Shown: piece by piece, positions 10,320-20,528 of the stretch | Layout: every line of letters begins with the position of its first letter | Position numbering within the stretch: position 1 is the first letter of the stretch | Sequence record: NZ_CP072215.1 | DNA from: a plasmid | Strand: one strand, 5' to 3' | Length of the DNA: 64,000 nucleotides | Position numbers and translations under genes: made by a program | The notes under the pieces: model-generated | What the model saw: the letters and a program-made list of their open reading frames with translations, nothing else | Database searches by the model: none | Told to the model about the DNA's origin: nothing

Positions 10320-10557
10320 TTATCGGAACAAATATTGTATTTTTGCAACAAATACGAGTAAATGCACATAATTAAAAACGAGTATTTACACGTGTCTAAA
10401 AACGAGTATTTGCACGAAAATAATCAGAATCTAAATAAAAACGGTTATGGCAACAATGGCGGAGAAAATGGCGGCTTCACTGGAGGAATTAAGAAAGCTC
10501 CAGGAGAAAGACCGCTGTGTCGTCCTGCAAGGGACGGCCGAGATAGGGAGGACGCAT

Positions 10558-11070
10558 TTAACCCGGCTGTTGGATAACGGCTGGTTGCAGGAAGCCTAAT
10601 CCGAAGCCGTCTTTTGCGGCGGCATTTGAAAGACGTTCAAATGCACCGAATACTCGTTGTTGCTCATCTTCGGTCATGCCCGTACCGGTATCTTCAACGA
10701 TAAGTTTCAGCAAACCGTTATCATAATCCGCTGCCAATGATACACTACCGTTATCCGTGAACTTGATGGCGTTTGACAACAAGTTGTTGCCGATTTGCAG
10801 GATACGTTCCTTGTCGGTCAAAACCACCGCATCGGTGTGGCTCTCCACTATCAAAGTCAGCCCCTTGTTCATGGCAATGGGCATGAACTCCGTTTCAAGA
10901 ATATGCGTGATTGCGGAAATCCTGCAAGGGGAAAGGTTGGGTTGCTCCTTGCCGTTGTCCAGACGGAAGAAATCCAGCAGCGTGTTGAGCATCTCCCGCA
11001 TACGCTCGGAAGATTGCCGGATATTATCCACATACATGGTGCTTTTATCCGCGCTACAACTTTTCTGCAT
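10558..11070 (-). pseudogene. Sensor histidine kinase C-terminal fragment (HisKA tail + HATPase_c only)
   Basis: Has the N-box (NLLSNAIKFT) and G-boxes (DTGTGM, GFGLG) of HATPase_c. It lacks a sensor/TM region and a phosphoacceptor domain of normal length, so it is a truncated remnant. Confidence 0.55.
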
Positions 11071-11085
11071 CAGTCCGGCATAGCC

Positions 11086-11961
11086 TCATTTTGTCAATCG
11101 TATTTTTTCGTGGTAGAAGTAGTTTACGATGACAGGTTTGCCTTTTTCCGAGCGTCCGTATGGCAGATCGTTTATACGATACGGGAAGCCCTGCTCCTTG
11201 GCGTAATTTGAAATGTCCTGCTCCAATGCCTGCCAGTATTCAAGCCTTTTTTTATTGTAAATTTCCTCGTAAAGCGGTATGAGGTCAGGATACTTCTCAC
11301 GGATATACGTCATTATCCCGCCTTTGAACTGCCCGCGTAAATTCAGGTTTTCAAGCCAGATTAAATCAGCATAATCTTTTACCTCCTCTATTATTGCCTT
11401 TACGTCTGTTATTCTGGGGAATATGGGCGAGACGAAGCATACGGTGCGGATACCTGCCTCGTATGTCTGACGCATCGCTTTCAGACGGCGTTCAATGCTT
11501 ACGGCGTTGTCCATATCTGCGCAGAACTGCTCGTCGAGCGTATTGACAGACCATGACACAGTCACTTTGGGAAAACTCTTCAACAGGTCGAGATCGCGAA
11601 GGACAAGATCGGACTTTGTGCATATCATAATCTCGGCATCGCTTCCTCGCAGCTCTTCGAGCAGCCTTCGGGTACGGTGGAATTCTTCTTCATACGGATT
11701 GTAACCGTCCGTCACAGACCCTATTACAACACGTTCACCGTCGTATTTATGAGGATTCGTTATCGGCTTCCAGTTTTTTACATCTAAAAACGTACCCCAC
11801 GGCTCGGTGTGCCCGGTGAACCGTTTCATGAACGATGCGTAGCAATACCTGCAGGCGTGGGGACACCCTACATAAGGGTTGACCGAATATCCTCCCACCG
11901 GCAGAGAGGATTTGGTCATTACACTCTTTACATCTATTTCCTTTATTGTATCCATATTCAT
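11086..11961 (-). CDS. Radical SAM protein, spore-photoproduct-lyase-like (SPL family)
   Basis: CxxxCxxC cluster (CPHACRYC) near the N-terminus. Length and downstream motifs match SPL-family rSAM 'DNA repair photolyase' proteins. Confidence 0.75.
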   Translation of the reverse strand: MNMDTIKEIDVKSVMTKSSLPVGGYSVNPYVGCPHACRYCYASFMKRFTGHTEPWGTFLDVKNWKPITNPHKYDGERVVIGSVTDGYNPYEEEFHRTRRLLEELRGSDAEIMICTKSDLVLRDLDLLKSFPKVTVSWSVNTLDEQFCADMDNAVSIERRLKAMRQTYEAGIRTVCFVSPIFPRITDVKAIIEEVKDYADLIWLENLNLRGQFKGGIMTYIREKYPDLIPLYEEIYNKKRLEYWQALEQDISNYAKEQGFPYRINDLPYGRSEKGKPVIVNYFYHEKIRLTK

Positions 11962-12626
11962 TGTATTCGTCTGGTAAATTGTTCCGGCAATTCCTGAATC
12001 ATTCTTTCGTCGCCCATAATCGGCAGCAAATCCTCTTTCATGAACACCGGTATGCCATGAGCCTTTGCCTGTTCTGCAATGCTAAGCACCCATTCGGGGC
12101 GCGAATATGACTTTCCTTTTCGGTTTCCGGTCTCTGTGCCTATGACAATCCAGTCAATTCCCTCGAAATCAATCTCGCCGATATCATCGAAGAGAGGTTC
12201 AAACGTGACATGGTAGTGTCGTGCTTTGATATTCTTTTTCAAATCATCAATCCTCCTTTTCTCGGAACTGCGCGTAACGGTCACGCCCATCCATACGTTC
12301 TCGTCGTCAGAGGAGAAACTGATTTTGTCAGGGCGCTTCGTCAGAAAGATATAGGCGTGCTGGGGATTGCTGCTGATCCGCTCGAAAATTTCTGCGTTCC
12401 ATTCAGGCTTCCAATCGGAGAAATCGCTCATTCCTGTCATGAGCCACACATGAGGACGGGACGTATCGATGATGCGCAGTTTTCGTTCCATGTATTCAGG
12501 CACGGAAAAGTCGTCGGTAATGTGGAAACGGCGGCAGTTGTTACGGGCATAGCAGTAAGGGCATCCTATAGTGCACCCTACCACTATGTTCATGTTTTTT
12601 ATCAGGGATTTAATGCAGACACTCAT
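11958..12626 (-). CDS. DUF5131 / phage Gp37-Gp68-family protein with its own CxxxCxxC motif
   Basis: CTIGCPYC motif at residues about 18-25. Start overlaps the upstream gene's stop, and its own stop overlaps the start of the rSAM gene downstream, giving a three-gene translationally coupled operon. Confidence 0.65.
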   Translation of the reverse strand: MSVCIKSLIKNMNIVVGCTIGCPYCYARNNCRRFHITDDFSVPEYMERKLRIIDTSRPHVWLMTGMSDFSDWKPEWNAEIFERISSNPQHAYIFLTKRPDKISFSSDDENVWMGVTVTRSSEKRRIDDLKKNIKARHYHVTFEPLFDDIGEIDFEGIDWIVIGTETGNRKGKSYSRPEWVLSIAEQAKAHGIPVFMKEDLLPIMGDERMIQELPEQFTRRIQ

Positions 12627-13399
12627 AACACAACTGTTTCTCCGTCCTCCGGGATAATCAGCCGGCTCATGTCGGCTTCGTGATGCGTTGCCTCATTGCG
12701 CAGAATTGCACGGGTGGTCTGGCAATGGTCGATGGCATCCATGTGTACGGCTATCAGCTTGATATGCGAAGGCAATTCGTCAAGTATCTGCATCACTTCG
12801 TTCTCGTCGGGGATGATAGGACCGTCCGTTTTGGAAAATTCGGGAAAGATTGCACCTCCGGAGTTTACCACGATATAGTCAGGATTGAACCGTTCCACGG
12901 TGTCTCGGATACATGCTTCCCATCGGCAGTCACCCATTATATAAACGGTCGGGAAGCCCTCGGCTTTTAGCACATAACCTGATACAGGTCCCATCATCTG
13001 CCCGATCTGCCCGAAACCATGATGTCCGGTCGTGCGGTAAATGGATATGCCGTCTATTGTTTTTATTTCTTCGATGGGTATCACATTTGTAAATCCGTCG
13101 TTTCTGATGGCGTCCGCGTCCTGGGGCTGAACGTAGAAAGGAATTTCTTTGGGCAAATGTGTGGGGACACTCGGCTCGTAATGGTCGATGTGATTGTGGG
13201 TCAGGAGCACCATGTCCACGCCTCCGATAATATCCTGAATAGGAATGGTGAGGTGTACCCTCGGTGTTTTATTCACACCGAGGGCCGATATCAAAGTGCC
13301 TTTGTCGGCTAAAACGGGGTCAATTAGCATGGTGTGTCCCGCATACCTGATTTTCAAGGTGGCATTGCGCACCAATTGTACTGTAGATGTCTTTTTCAT
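12623..13399 (-). CDS. MBL-fold metallo-hydrolase
   Basis: HxHxDH motif (THNHIDH) and the downstream His/Asp ligands. First gene of the operon. Confidence 0.8.
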   Translation of the reverse strand: MKKTSTVQLVRNATLKIRYAGHTMLIDPVLADKGTLISALGVNKTPRVHLTIPIQDIIGGVDMVLLTHNHIDHYEPSVPTHLPKEIPFYVQPQDADAIRNDGFTNVIPIEEIKTIDGISIYRTTGHHGFGQIGQMMGPVSGYVLKAEGFPTVYIMGDCRWEACIRDTVERFNPDYIVVNSGGAIFPEFSKTDGPIIPDENEVMQILDELPSHIKLIAVHMDAIDHCQTTRAILRNEATHHEADMSRLIIPEDGETVVL

Positions 13400-13529
13400 G
13401 ACTATATGTCTTGTTATTGATTACGGGTGCAAAGTTCGGAAGAATCCGGCGAAACATCTATGCCTGAAAAAACGGTAATTATGCCATTTTGATAAATGAA
13501 ATTATTATCTTTGCAAAAACGACAAGGAT

Positions 13530-14429
13530 ATGGACGAGATAATCAACCCTGATCGACTGGTCAGCGTACCGTTCAACAAGACACGCTGCGGCGTGGATTT
13601 TTACATCAATACTGCCATAAACAAGGACATCGGACTTGTGCTGACAGAAAACAAGCGGTTTAAGACAGACTTCTTCAGCTTCTACTTTTTCCGTAAGGCA
13701 AACGGATATTTGCTACTGAACTTCCGCAAGATTGAACTGCGCGACGGCATGGTTCTCCTGCTTTCACCCCATCAGCAACAAGAGTGGCATGTAGATGAGA
13801 CGGCGTTGGATTACACGTTCCTTATATTCCGCGAAGATTTCATGCGTACTTTTATCGCCGACAAGTTCTTCGTTTTTCGCCTTTTGTATTGTTACCAGAC
13901 AGATACGCCGCCTTACATCAATGCCACACATGACGAAATGAAGGAATATATGCGGCTGCTCGGAAAGATTAAGTATGAGCTGATGAATCCAGTGTCCGAT
14001 ACGTACAATATCATTGTTTCCTTACTATATTATCTTTTGCTGATTATCAATCGTACATACGCTGCCGCCTATTGCTTGCCCGCTGAAATTGCTAAAAACA
14101 ATTTCGCTTTTCGGTTCAAGGACTTGTTGGAACAGAATATCCGCACCCACCAGCGGGTGCAGGAATATGCAGACATGCTTCATGTCAGTCGCATCACACT
14201 CAATAACTCAGTAAAAGCCCAATTCGGAGTATCAGCTACCCATTTGATAAAACAACGTCTGCTTGAGGAACTGAAGAACGAATTGCTATTCTCCAACCGC
14301 ACTGTCAGTGAAATGGCGGATGATTTCAATTTCTCTGATCCGAGCCATCTCATGCGCTTCTTCAAACAGCAAACAGGCAAAACATTTACTCAGTACATGA
14401 CGGATTACAATAAAGGCATATACGAATAA
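13530..14429 (+). CDS. AraC-family transcriptional regulator
   Basis: C-terminal dual HTH AraC signature. Divergent from the MBL/rSAM operon. Confidence 0.8.
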   Translation: MDEIINPDRLVSVPFNKTRCGVDFYINTAINKDIGLVLTENKRFKTDFFSFYFFRKANGYLLLNFRKIELRDGMVLLLSPHQQQEWHVDETALDYTFLIFREDFMRTFIADKFFVFRLLYCYQTDTPPYINATHDEMKEYMRLLGKIKYELMNPVSDTYNIIVSLLYYLLLIINRTYAAAYCLPAEIAKNNFAFRFKDLLEQNIRTHQRVQEYADMLHVSRITLNNSVKAQFGVSATHLIKQRLLEELKNELLFSNRTVSEMADDFNFSDPSHLMRFFKQQTGKTFTQYMTDYNKGIYE

Positions 14430-14476
14430 CTTCTTAATATAGTCGATAGCGGCTATCGAAATATGGTTGTTGATGT

Positions 14477-14665
14477 TCAGGCGTTTTTGTACTGCATGAA
14501 CCATTTTACGATTTCTGGATCTTCGTGCGAGCCGAGTAAGAAAGGCTTGTCGGTATCCAGCGTCTTTATCCGTGCCATGTCGTCGGCCGACAGGGTGAAG
14601 TCTAATATGTCGAGATTCTGCTTCATGCGTTCCGGTTTCACAGACTTAGGAATAATTATGCACAC
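14477..14665 (-). pseudogene. Aldo/keto reductase C-terminal fragment
   Basis: 62-aa ORF matching only the extreme C-terminus of AKR enzymes (IIPKSVKPERMKQNLDILDFTLSADDM). No upstream coding continuation. Confidence 0.5.
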
Positions 14666-14688
14666 TGATATTTATCGCGCCCGGACAG

Positions 14689-15348
14689 GTGTTCGGTGCG
14701 GAAGATGACGGCATGCAGTTCCAACCAGATGGCTACCTGCTTATGTTCCATCCCGACCTGCTGCGGAATACACCTCTCGGGCGGATAATGCGTGAATATT
14801 CGTTCTTTTCCTACGAGACAAACGAGGCATTGCACCTTAGTGTGGAAGAACGGCAAATCATCATGGATTGCTTCCACAAGATTCAATATGAATTGAACCA
14901 TCCGATACACCGTCACAGCAAGAACCTCATCACAGACAGCATCAAGACGTTCCTTGATTACTGCACACGTTTCTATGACCGTCAGTTCATCACACGCGAC
15001 AACCAAAACCGAGACATCCTCGCAAGATTTGAGCGGTTGCTTGACGAATACTTCCATGATGGGGCTGCTAAACGGATAGGCTTGCCCACTGTACAGTATT
15101 GTGCAGACAAGCTCTGCCTCTCGCCCAACTATTTCAGTGATTTATTGAAAAAAGAAACAGGTTCAACCGCCCTGCATTTCATTCATGACAAGTCTATTGA
15201 AATAGCCAAGACGGAACTTGCATCTACAGACGACACCGTTAATGAAATCGCCTATAATCTCGGTTTTCAGTACCCGCAACATTTTACCCGACTGTTCAAG
15301 AAAGAGGTAGGTTACACTCCGAATGAATATAGAGCGCAAGTGTCGTGA
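14689..15348 (+). CDS. AraC-family regulator, probably N-terminally truncated
   Basis: Complete C-terminal AraC HTH. The N-terminus begins mid-domain at the first Met, so a 5' truncation is likely. Confidence 0.55.
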   Translation: MFGAEDDGMQFQPDGYLLMFHPDLLRNTPLGRIMREYSFFSYETNEALHLSVEERQIIMDCFHKIQYELNHPIHRHSKNLITDSIKTFLDYCTRFYDRQFITRDNQNRDILARFERLLDEYFHDGAAKRIGLPTVQYCADKLCLSPNYFSDLLKKETGSTALHFIHDKSIEIAKTELASTDDTVNEIAYNLGFQYPQHFTRLFKKEVGYTPNEYRAQVS

Positions 15349-15369
15349 GAATTGGATTAGTACAGAATA

Positions 15370-16317
15370 TTAGAACCCAACACCTCTCTTGCGCTTAACT
15401 TTCTTCCTTCTGCGAAGTATATCCACCATTTCCTGATTGGCTTCCGCATCAGCAGTGTTATAAGATGAGCCACTGCTTTTTAGCAATCCCCAAGAGCCGT
15501 TGAACAACTCGCTTTGTGCCGTGCCGGACGGTGCGCTTGGTGTAGCCGTTTCATATATTCCGGCTGTTATTCCCATACGTTCCCTGCATCTGTTGTGCTG
15601 CAAAGCCGCGTCAATCTTGGAATAACTGAAACGCCTGTCCACTTTGGAGCCGTTGAAATGGTAGCCATTCATGGAGAATACAACACCCTGCACCTCGCTG
15701 GTCTGCCCCTTATGCTTGAAATGTACTTCCACTCCCTGCCGTTTCAGGTTGGCGATAAGCACGTTCCAGTTGCCGCATCTGCCGACTTCCATTTTGATGA
15801 TGTCGTAAAGCGCATATTTCGTCCTGTCTGGCTCTTTCAGGCGGTTGCGTTTGACATTGTCCTTTCCGCCAGCCATATGCAAGCCGTATTTCAAGGTCAA
15901 TTCCTTGCAGATGCGGGTACTGCGCAGACGCTCGTGCCTGTCCGATATGGTATTGCCGTTGTTGTCTATGCGGTTGAAAGCAATATGCACGTGCGGATGC
16001 TCCTTGTCGAAATGCTGGGCGATGAAGAACTGCGTATTCTTGATTCCCATCCGTTCCATATATTCAAGCGCGATGCCTGCCATGATACGGTTCGTCAGCC
16101 GTAACTCATCCTCTTTGGAAAAACTCAACGCGATATGTCCGACAGGTTTTGTCACCTTATCGTTCATCCGTGACTGGGCATTGAAACTCATGGCGATAGT
16201 TTCCAGATTTTCCATAAACAAGCCTTCGCTTGCTACTATCTGCGTATCCTTCTTCTTGTCGATGATGTAATCCACCGCACCCTTGAAGTCGCTTCCTTTT
16301 ACGATTTTCGCCATCAT
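15370..16317 (-). CDS. mobB: Mobilization relaxase (MobA/VirD2 superfamily; Bacteroides MobB-like)
   Basis: Relaxase motifs: the conserved Tyr region at the N-terminus and the HxH 3-His motif (HPHVHIAFNRI). Confidence 0.8.
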   Translation of the reverse strand: MMAKIVKGSDFKGAVDYIIDKKKDTQIVASEGLFMENLETIAMSFNAQSRMNDKVTKPVGHIALSFSKEDELRLTNRIMAGIALEYMERMGIKNTQFFIAQHFDKEHPHVHIAFNRIDNNGNTISDRHERLRSTRICKELTLKYGLHMAGGKDNVKRNRLKEPDRTKYALYDIIKMEVGRCGNWNVLIANLKRQGVEVHFKHKGQTSEVQGVVFSMNGYHFNGSKVDRRFSYSKIDAALQHNRCRERMGITAGIYETATPSAPSGTAQSELFNGSWGLLKSSGSSYNTADAEANQEMVDILRRRKKVKRKRGVGF

Positions 16318-16706
16318 ATCCCTATCTTGGTTATAAGTTCATGAATCCTTGCCACTGCCACCTTGCAGTCCCACCGTTCATCGTGGAAGCCTCCGGCGTT
16401 TGCCTTACGCGCAAGCTGGTTGAGATTGTTAGCCATGCCGCAGAGTTGGCGGATGTATCCGGCATGTTCCTCCGACAGCCGTTCTTTCACATGACCGTTA
16501 CGGAAACATTCCCTCATGTACTCGCTTGGTGATACGCCCGCCTCATGCGATCGTGTCAGCAGGCGGAAGTAGTCGGCTGCCGTCATTTTCACTGCGATAC
16601 GGTATTTCAGTTTCTCGGTTGCTGTTAATTCTTTGTATTTTCTTACCTGCCTCAAATCCGCAACTAAGCCCTTCAACGTCCTTCTTGCGTGTACACGTCC
16701 TCTCAT
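16314..16706 (-). CDS. mobA: Mobilization accessory protein (Bacteroides MobA / MobC-family relaxosome component)
   Basis: 130-aa basic protein whose stop overlaps the relaxase start. Typical partner of NBU/Tn4555-type relaxases. Confidence 0.65.
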   Translation of the reverse strand: MRGRVHARRTLKGLVADLRQVRKYKELTATEKLKYRIAVKMTAADYFRLLTRSHEAGVSPSEYMRECFRNGHVKERLSEEHAGYIRQLCGMANNLNQLARKANAGGFHDERWDCKVAVARIHELITKIGI

Positions 16707-16740
16707 TACTGAATTATCAGATAAATTGAGGCAGAAACAC

Positions 16741-16822
16741 CCACTTCTGCCTACAACATCCCCTTACCCCACAATGCGACTTGAGACAATACGCAGTATC
16801 ATACCCATAAGTTGTAGGCGTT
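16741..16822. promoter_or_regulatory. Candidate oriT of the mobA/mobB module (inverted repeat GCCTACAAC...GTTGTAGGC)
   Basis: Inverted repeat immediately upstream of mobA, the usual position of oriT in NBU-like elements. Sequence-only inference. Confidence 0.3.
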
Positions 16823-18062
16823 ATCCAAAATCAGTCTGAAAAATATCTGCGTAAGCATTGTTACAGGTATAGATATTCAGCACATACCGCCTTGATGTCC
16901 TGATCCACTTGGCTGGTACAGAGATAAACCTGAAGACAAACGCTTTTATGCGACTTGTTGCATTGAGTCCGAACCTCTTTACGTCAAGTCTTTGGATAAT
17001 GGCCTTGTAGAAGTTACGGATAAGTGCTGTAAGAAGAAGGAACACAGTGTTCTCGGCCATGAAGGATTTGGGCAATCTGTCCCACCCGAAACCATTGTTC
17101 ATATCATCAAAGATACGTTCCTTTCCTCCACGAAGGTTATAGAACTCGACAATTTCTCTTACGGAAGATTCATAGTCGTTAGTCAGGATACAACGGTATG
17201 TGTATTCTCCTTCCCAAAGATCCTGCACACCATCCATCCGTTTCTGTCTTTGAATCACAAGTCGGTATGCTTTACCCTTCCACTTCTCAACAAGGATAGA
17301 GTTCAATTCAAACTCAATGCCATTGATTTCCTCAGTCTTCCAGCCTCTGAGAGCAAATATGTCATTGTAGAGCGAACTGCAGCGGTTAGTGCGGATATAG
17401 AAGGACTTGCAGTGTTTCTCTATTTCCTCCACGATTTCCTCGGAACATGATCCGCAATCAGCTCTGAAACGATTGATAGTGAGCCTGTTCTGTTCAAATC
17501 TCTCAAAGAACCTCTTCAGCGTGTCCTTCTGATGAAAACGAAGGTTTTCGTTAAGCCAGATGAGCAGAGCTAAGTTTACTTAAGCTCTGCCATGGCGAGA
17601 AAACGTGCCATGAAATGGAACTTTTGTGTTACCATCGCTATTCTCAATGCCAACAATCAAGTCACCAATAACCGCCACGCCAGGGCGATAACCAGAGAAC
17701 TTCTTGTATGTAGGCTTTGCATCATACTTCTCACCCTCTTTCAGTTGGTCAGATGCAAACATACAATTGAGCAGTAAAGTATTGAGAGTGTCAGCCGTGT
17801 TGAAATCGTAGTTCTTACCCGTATCTGATGTGTATGAGATGTTTTCTTGCGTCAGTTCCTTTATCGCTCTGAGGATAGTATCAGAACTACAAGTATGAAG
17901 TGTCGGATGAAGCGAGAGATGGTTCATCAAATGAGTAGTGACATCCTCAATACATGAGCCACCACAGAAGTAGATACTCATGAGAGAACGGATGATTTCG
18001 CTGTACTGATAACCTAACGATCTACACCTTAGACCGAGGGTTGAGTCGATTACAGATGACAA
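16821..18062 (-). pseudogene. IS1380-family transposase, disrupted (two ORF fragments)
   Basis: A 160-aa N-terminal-like fragment (17580-18062) and a 203-aa C-terminal-like fragment (16821-17432) are separated by a non-coding gap and frame change. Confidence 0.6.
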
Positions 18063-18438
18063 TGTGGAGTCAAATTGCTCATCAGGTAGGGCGGAAGGAT
18101 TTCGAGGAATTTGGACGACGCATAGGGTTGGGCAATAAATTGATAAAGCGTGAGCTTGATGAGTTTGTCAAAGAGAAACCATTGGTGCAAGTATTGATAG
18201 ACCGTTCCTTTTTATCGGAAGAACTGAAAAAGTAATATAGGATGTCTATGGGGTACAGGTGTAAGATGCTTTCTTTCTGATGAAGGGCGGATAAAGCATT
18301 CTTCAGGAAAGTACTTCTCCTTTTCCCATACCGGTCATACCGTTAAAACTGATTGATAATTATGACGCGTATGTTGGCCGGTATGCCTATCTTTGTGGCA
18401 ATGAAAACAGAGAAAGGATTGATTTTGTAAGTATTATC

Positions 18439-19647
18439 ATGGCAAAAGAACTGATTCGTGTCCCTAGGGTGCTTGGGGAAAGCTATAATTCCGTGCTGAT
18501 TGAACGGTTGTATGAGGCAGGTGGAAATGTCATGCTCGATCTGATCATATACCTGGGCAGCTATCACCTCAAAGACTTGTTCGGGACTTCCTGGTTCTCC
18601 GTAGAAGACTTCTGCCGTAAGATGGGGTATGACCGTACCAACTTGCAGCGCAAGCTGGATAGCCGGCAGCTCGCGGCCATGTTCGGAAAGAATATGCAGC
18701 CGGAATATGTATGTACCGACACGGCAGGACAGAGAATCAGCCATCCTATCGAGACGGTTTTTGAGGCGGCTCTCTATAAACTGGGATTGGAGAACCTCTG
18801 CTATCCGACCATTGGCGAGGATGGCCGTACATCCTATAATTTCGTGCAGATCTTGAAACGTTTCGACATAATGACCGATTTCAAGACGAAGAAGTCAACG
18901 AAAAGGCTGTACTCGGCAGTGGTAAGCCCGGAGATAAAGAATTTCATGTTCTCGCTCTATAACCTCTTGGAACTTCAGGATTACCGTAGCCTGCCCAGCC
19001 GTTACCGCTATTTCTATCTGGAACTTTCCAAGATGGTTTACCTGATCAAGTATAAGACCACCAAGAATGAGGCTCCTTTTTATGTGCTGACAGTCGATCA
19101 GCTGGCTAAAAAGCTCGGCATAGAGATTGCCGAACCCAAAGACCGGAAAAAGAAGGTCGCCTCGATACTGAAAAAGATGAATACTTACCTGAAATATACC
19201 AATTTCAATTTCTCTTTTGTGAAAGGCGATCATGAGAGATGGGCATATACCGTGTTGTTCTCGTTTCCTAGGCATACGCTGCACTATTTTGATGAAGGAC
19301 AATATGCTGTCGTGGTGAAGAAATTCTATAAGAACCTGCTTGGGCTGTATGTCGAGATTGCCTACCCGGACACGGATATGGCTGTCAGGAGGAAGAAGAT
19401 CAAAGAGGTGGAGGAAGATGCCGGACTGTATAAAGAGTTCCTTTTATGGGCAAACTCCCCGGAAAGCGTAGAAAAGAAGAAACAGATATATATCAGTGAT
19501 TTCGTGGCTGTATTCGGCAGGTTTCCGGAAGGATGGGCACAGGAAGAGTTGGAGAGTGCCAATGGAACGGAAGTTGCTCCTGCTCCTGAAGAGTTCATAT
19601 CTCCGGAGACGGACGGGGCGGTGAACATGGACGATCCAGCTGTGTAG
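18439..19647 (+). CDS. Iteron-associated protein (putative replication-initiator/DNA-binding protein), paralog of 60637-61767
   Basis: 402-aa ORF whose stop codon lies inside the first repeat of a roughly 32-bp-periodic iteron array. It shares clear similarity in its N-terminal half with the 376-aa ORF next to a second iteron array. Confidence 0.4.
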   Translation: MAKELIRVPRVLGESYNSVLIERLYEAGGNVMLDLIIYLGSYHLKDLFGTSWFSVEDFCRKMGYDRTNLQRKLDSRQLAAMFGKNMQPEYVCTDTAGQRISHPIETVFEAALYKLGLENLCYPTIGEDGRTSYNFVQILKRFDIMTDFKTKKSTKRLYSAVVSPEIKNFMFSLYNLLELQDYRSLPSRYRYFYLELSKMVYLIKYKTTKNEAPFYVLTVDQLAKKLGIEIAEPKDRKKKVASILKKMNTYLKYTNFNFSFVKGDHERWAYTVLFSFPRHTLHYFDEGQYAVVVKKFYKNLLGLYVEIAYPDTDMAVRRKKIKEVEEDAGLYKEFLLWANSPESVEKKKQIYISDFVAVFGRFPEGWAQEELESANGTEVAPAPEEFISPETDGAVNMDDPAV

Positions 19648-19985
19648 AACCGTCCACGTTTCACGGTTTTTTATAGAATTAGTTGTGTAGAAGTGTCCCT
19701 ATTGGGGTGATTAGATGTGTGGAGTCATCCGCTTTGCCTGTTTTAGTTGTGTAGAAGTGTCCCGTTTGTTGCTTCTAGTTGTGTAGAACCGTCCACTCCT
19801 TTTGCTTTAGTTGTGTAAAAGCGTCCGGTTTCACTTGTCAGCTGTGTAAAACCGTCCACCCGTTAATGAAGGGAATAGGTAATCCCTGTTTTTTTTATAT
19901 GTCGGTATATCAGTGAAATAAAAGAGAGAAATTTTTAAATAAAAGGTATCGGCTGTGTAAAACCATCCACCAAAATACATAATAA
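19625..19985. repeat. Iteron array: about 8 copies of AGYTGTGTARAASYGTCC spaced roughly 25-50 bp apart, followed by an AT-rich stretch
   Basis: Repeats begin at approx 19630, 19681, 19707, 19746, 19777, 19811, 19843 and 19952. An AT-rich segment lies at 19870-19950. Confidence 0.8.
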
Positions 19986-20528
19986 AGACCTAAACTCCTA
20001 ACCCCTTTAAATATCCCCAAAGCGATAACATAGAAATGACTGGGAAAATAAATTTTCCCTTCACATGCCCTATACGTACTTTCGGAAAAAGATTTTTCGG
20101 AAGTATGTGTTGATTTTCACGCTTTTTTATATGATTGGAAGGCGGTTCTGTTCATCTTCTGTATCCGAATTAGTTTTTCAGGGCGTTCCCTTCTGACCGG
20201 GCTATTCGTTGCAAGTCCTCGTTACCCTCCAGGCTTTTCCCTGCTATCCCTAACGCTCTACGCTCCGGCTATGCCGGAAGAGAGGTATGATGATTTTTTC
20301 CTGAACTGATAGGAACATTGCGAAGGTAGGCGTGGCCGGAACGCCCGATATTGAAAAGCCAAATCTCCATCCTCCCATTCCGGGAGGTAGTATTTACCAG
20401 TTCAATCCCGTTCTGATCCGTCTTTCCCGCTTTCTCTTCAATGCACTGTTCCCAATCAGTTGAGGAAAAATTTATGGTTGGGGCGACAAGCGATGTTTGC
20501 GAGTATTAATCTTTTAATTTTTGGCAGT

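Noticed and set aside
10362-10577. 71-aa ORF downstream of the first serine recombinase
   Set aside because: Gly/Asn-rich low-complexity translation spanning a region of direct DNA repeats. It is more likely a non-coding recombinase-site region.
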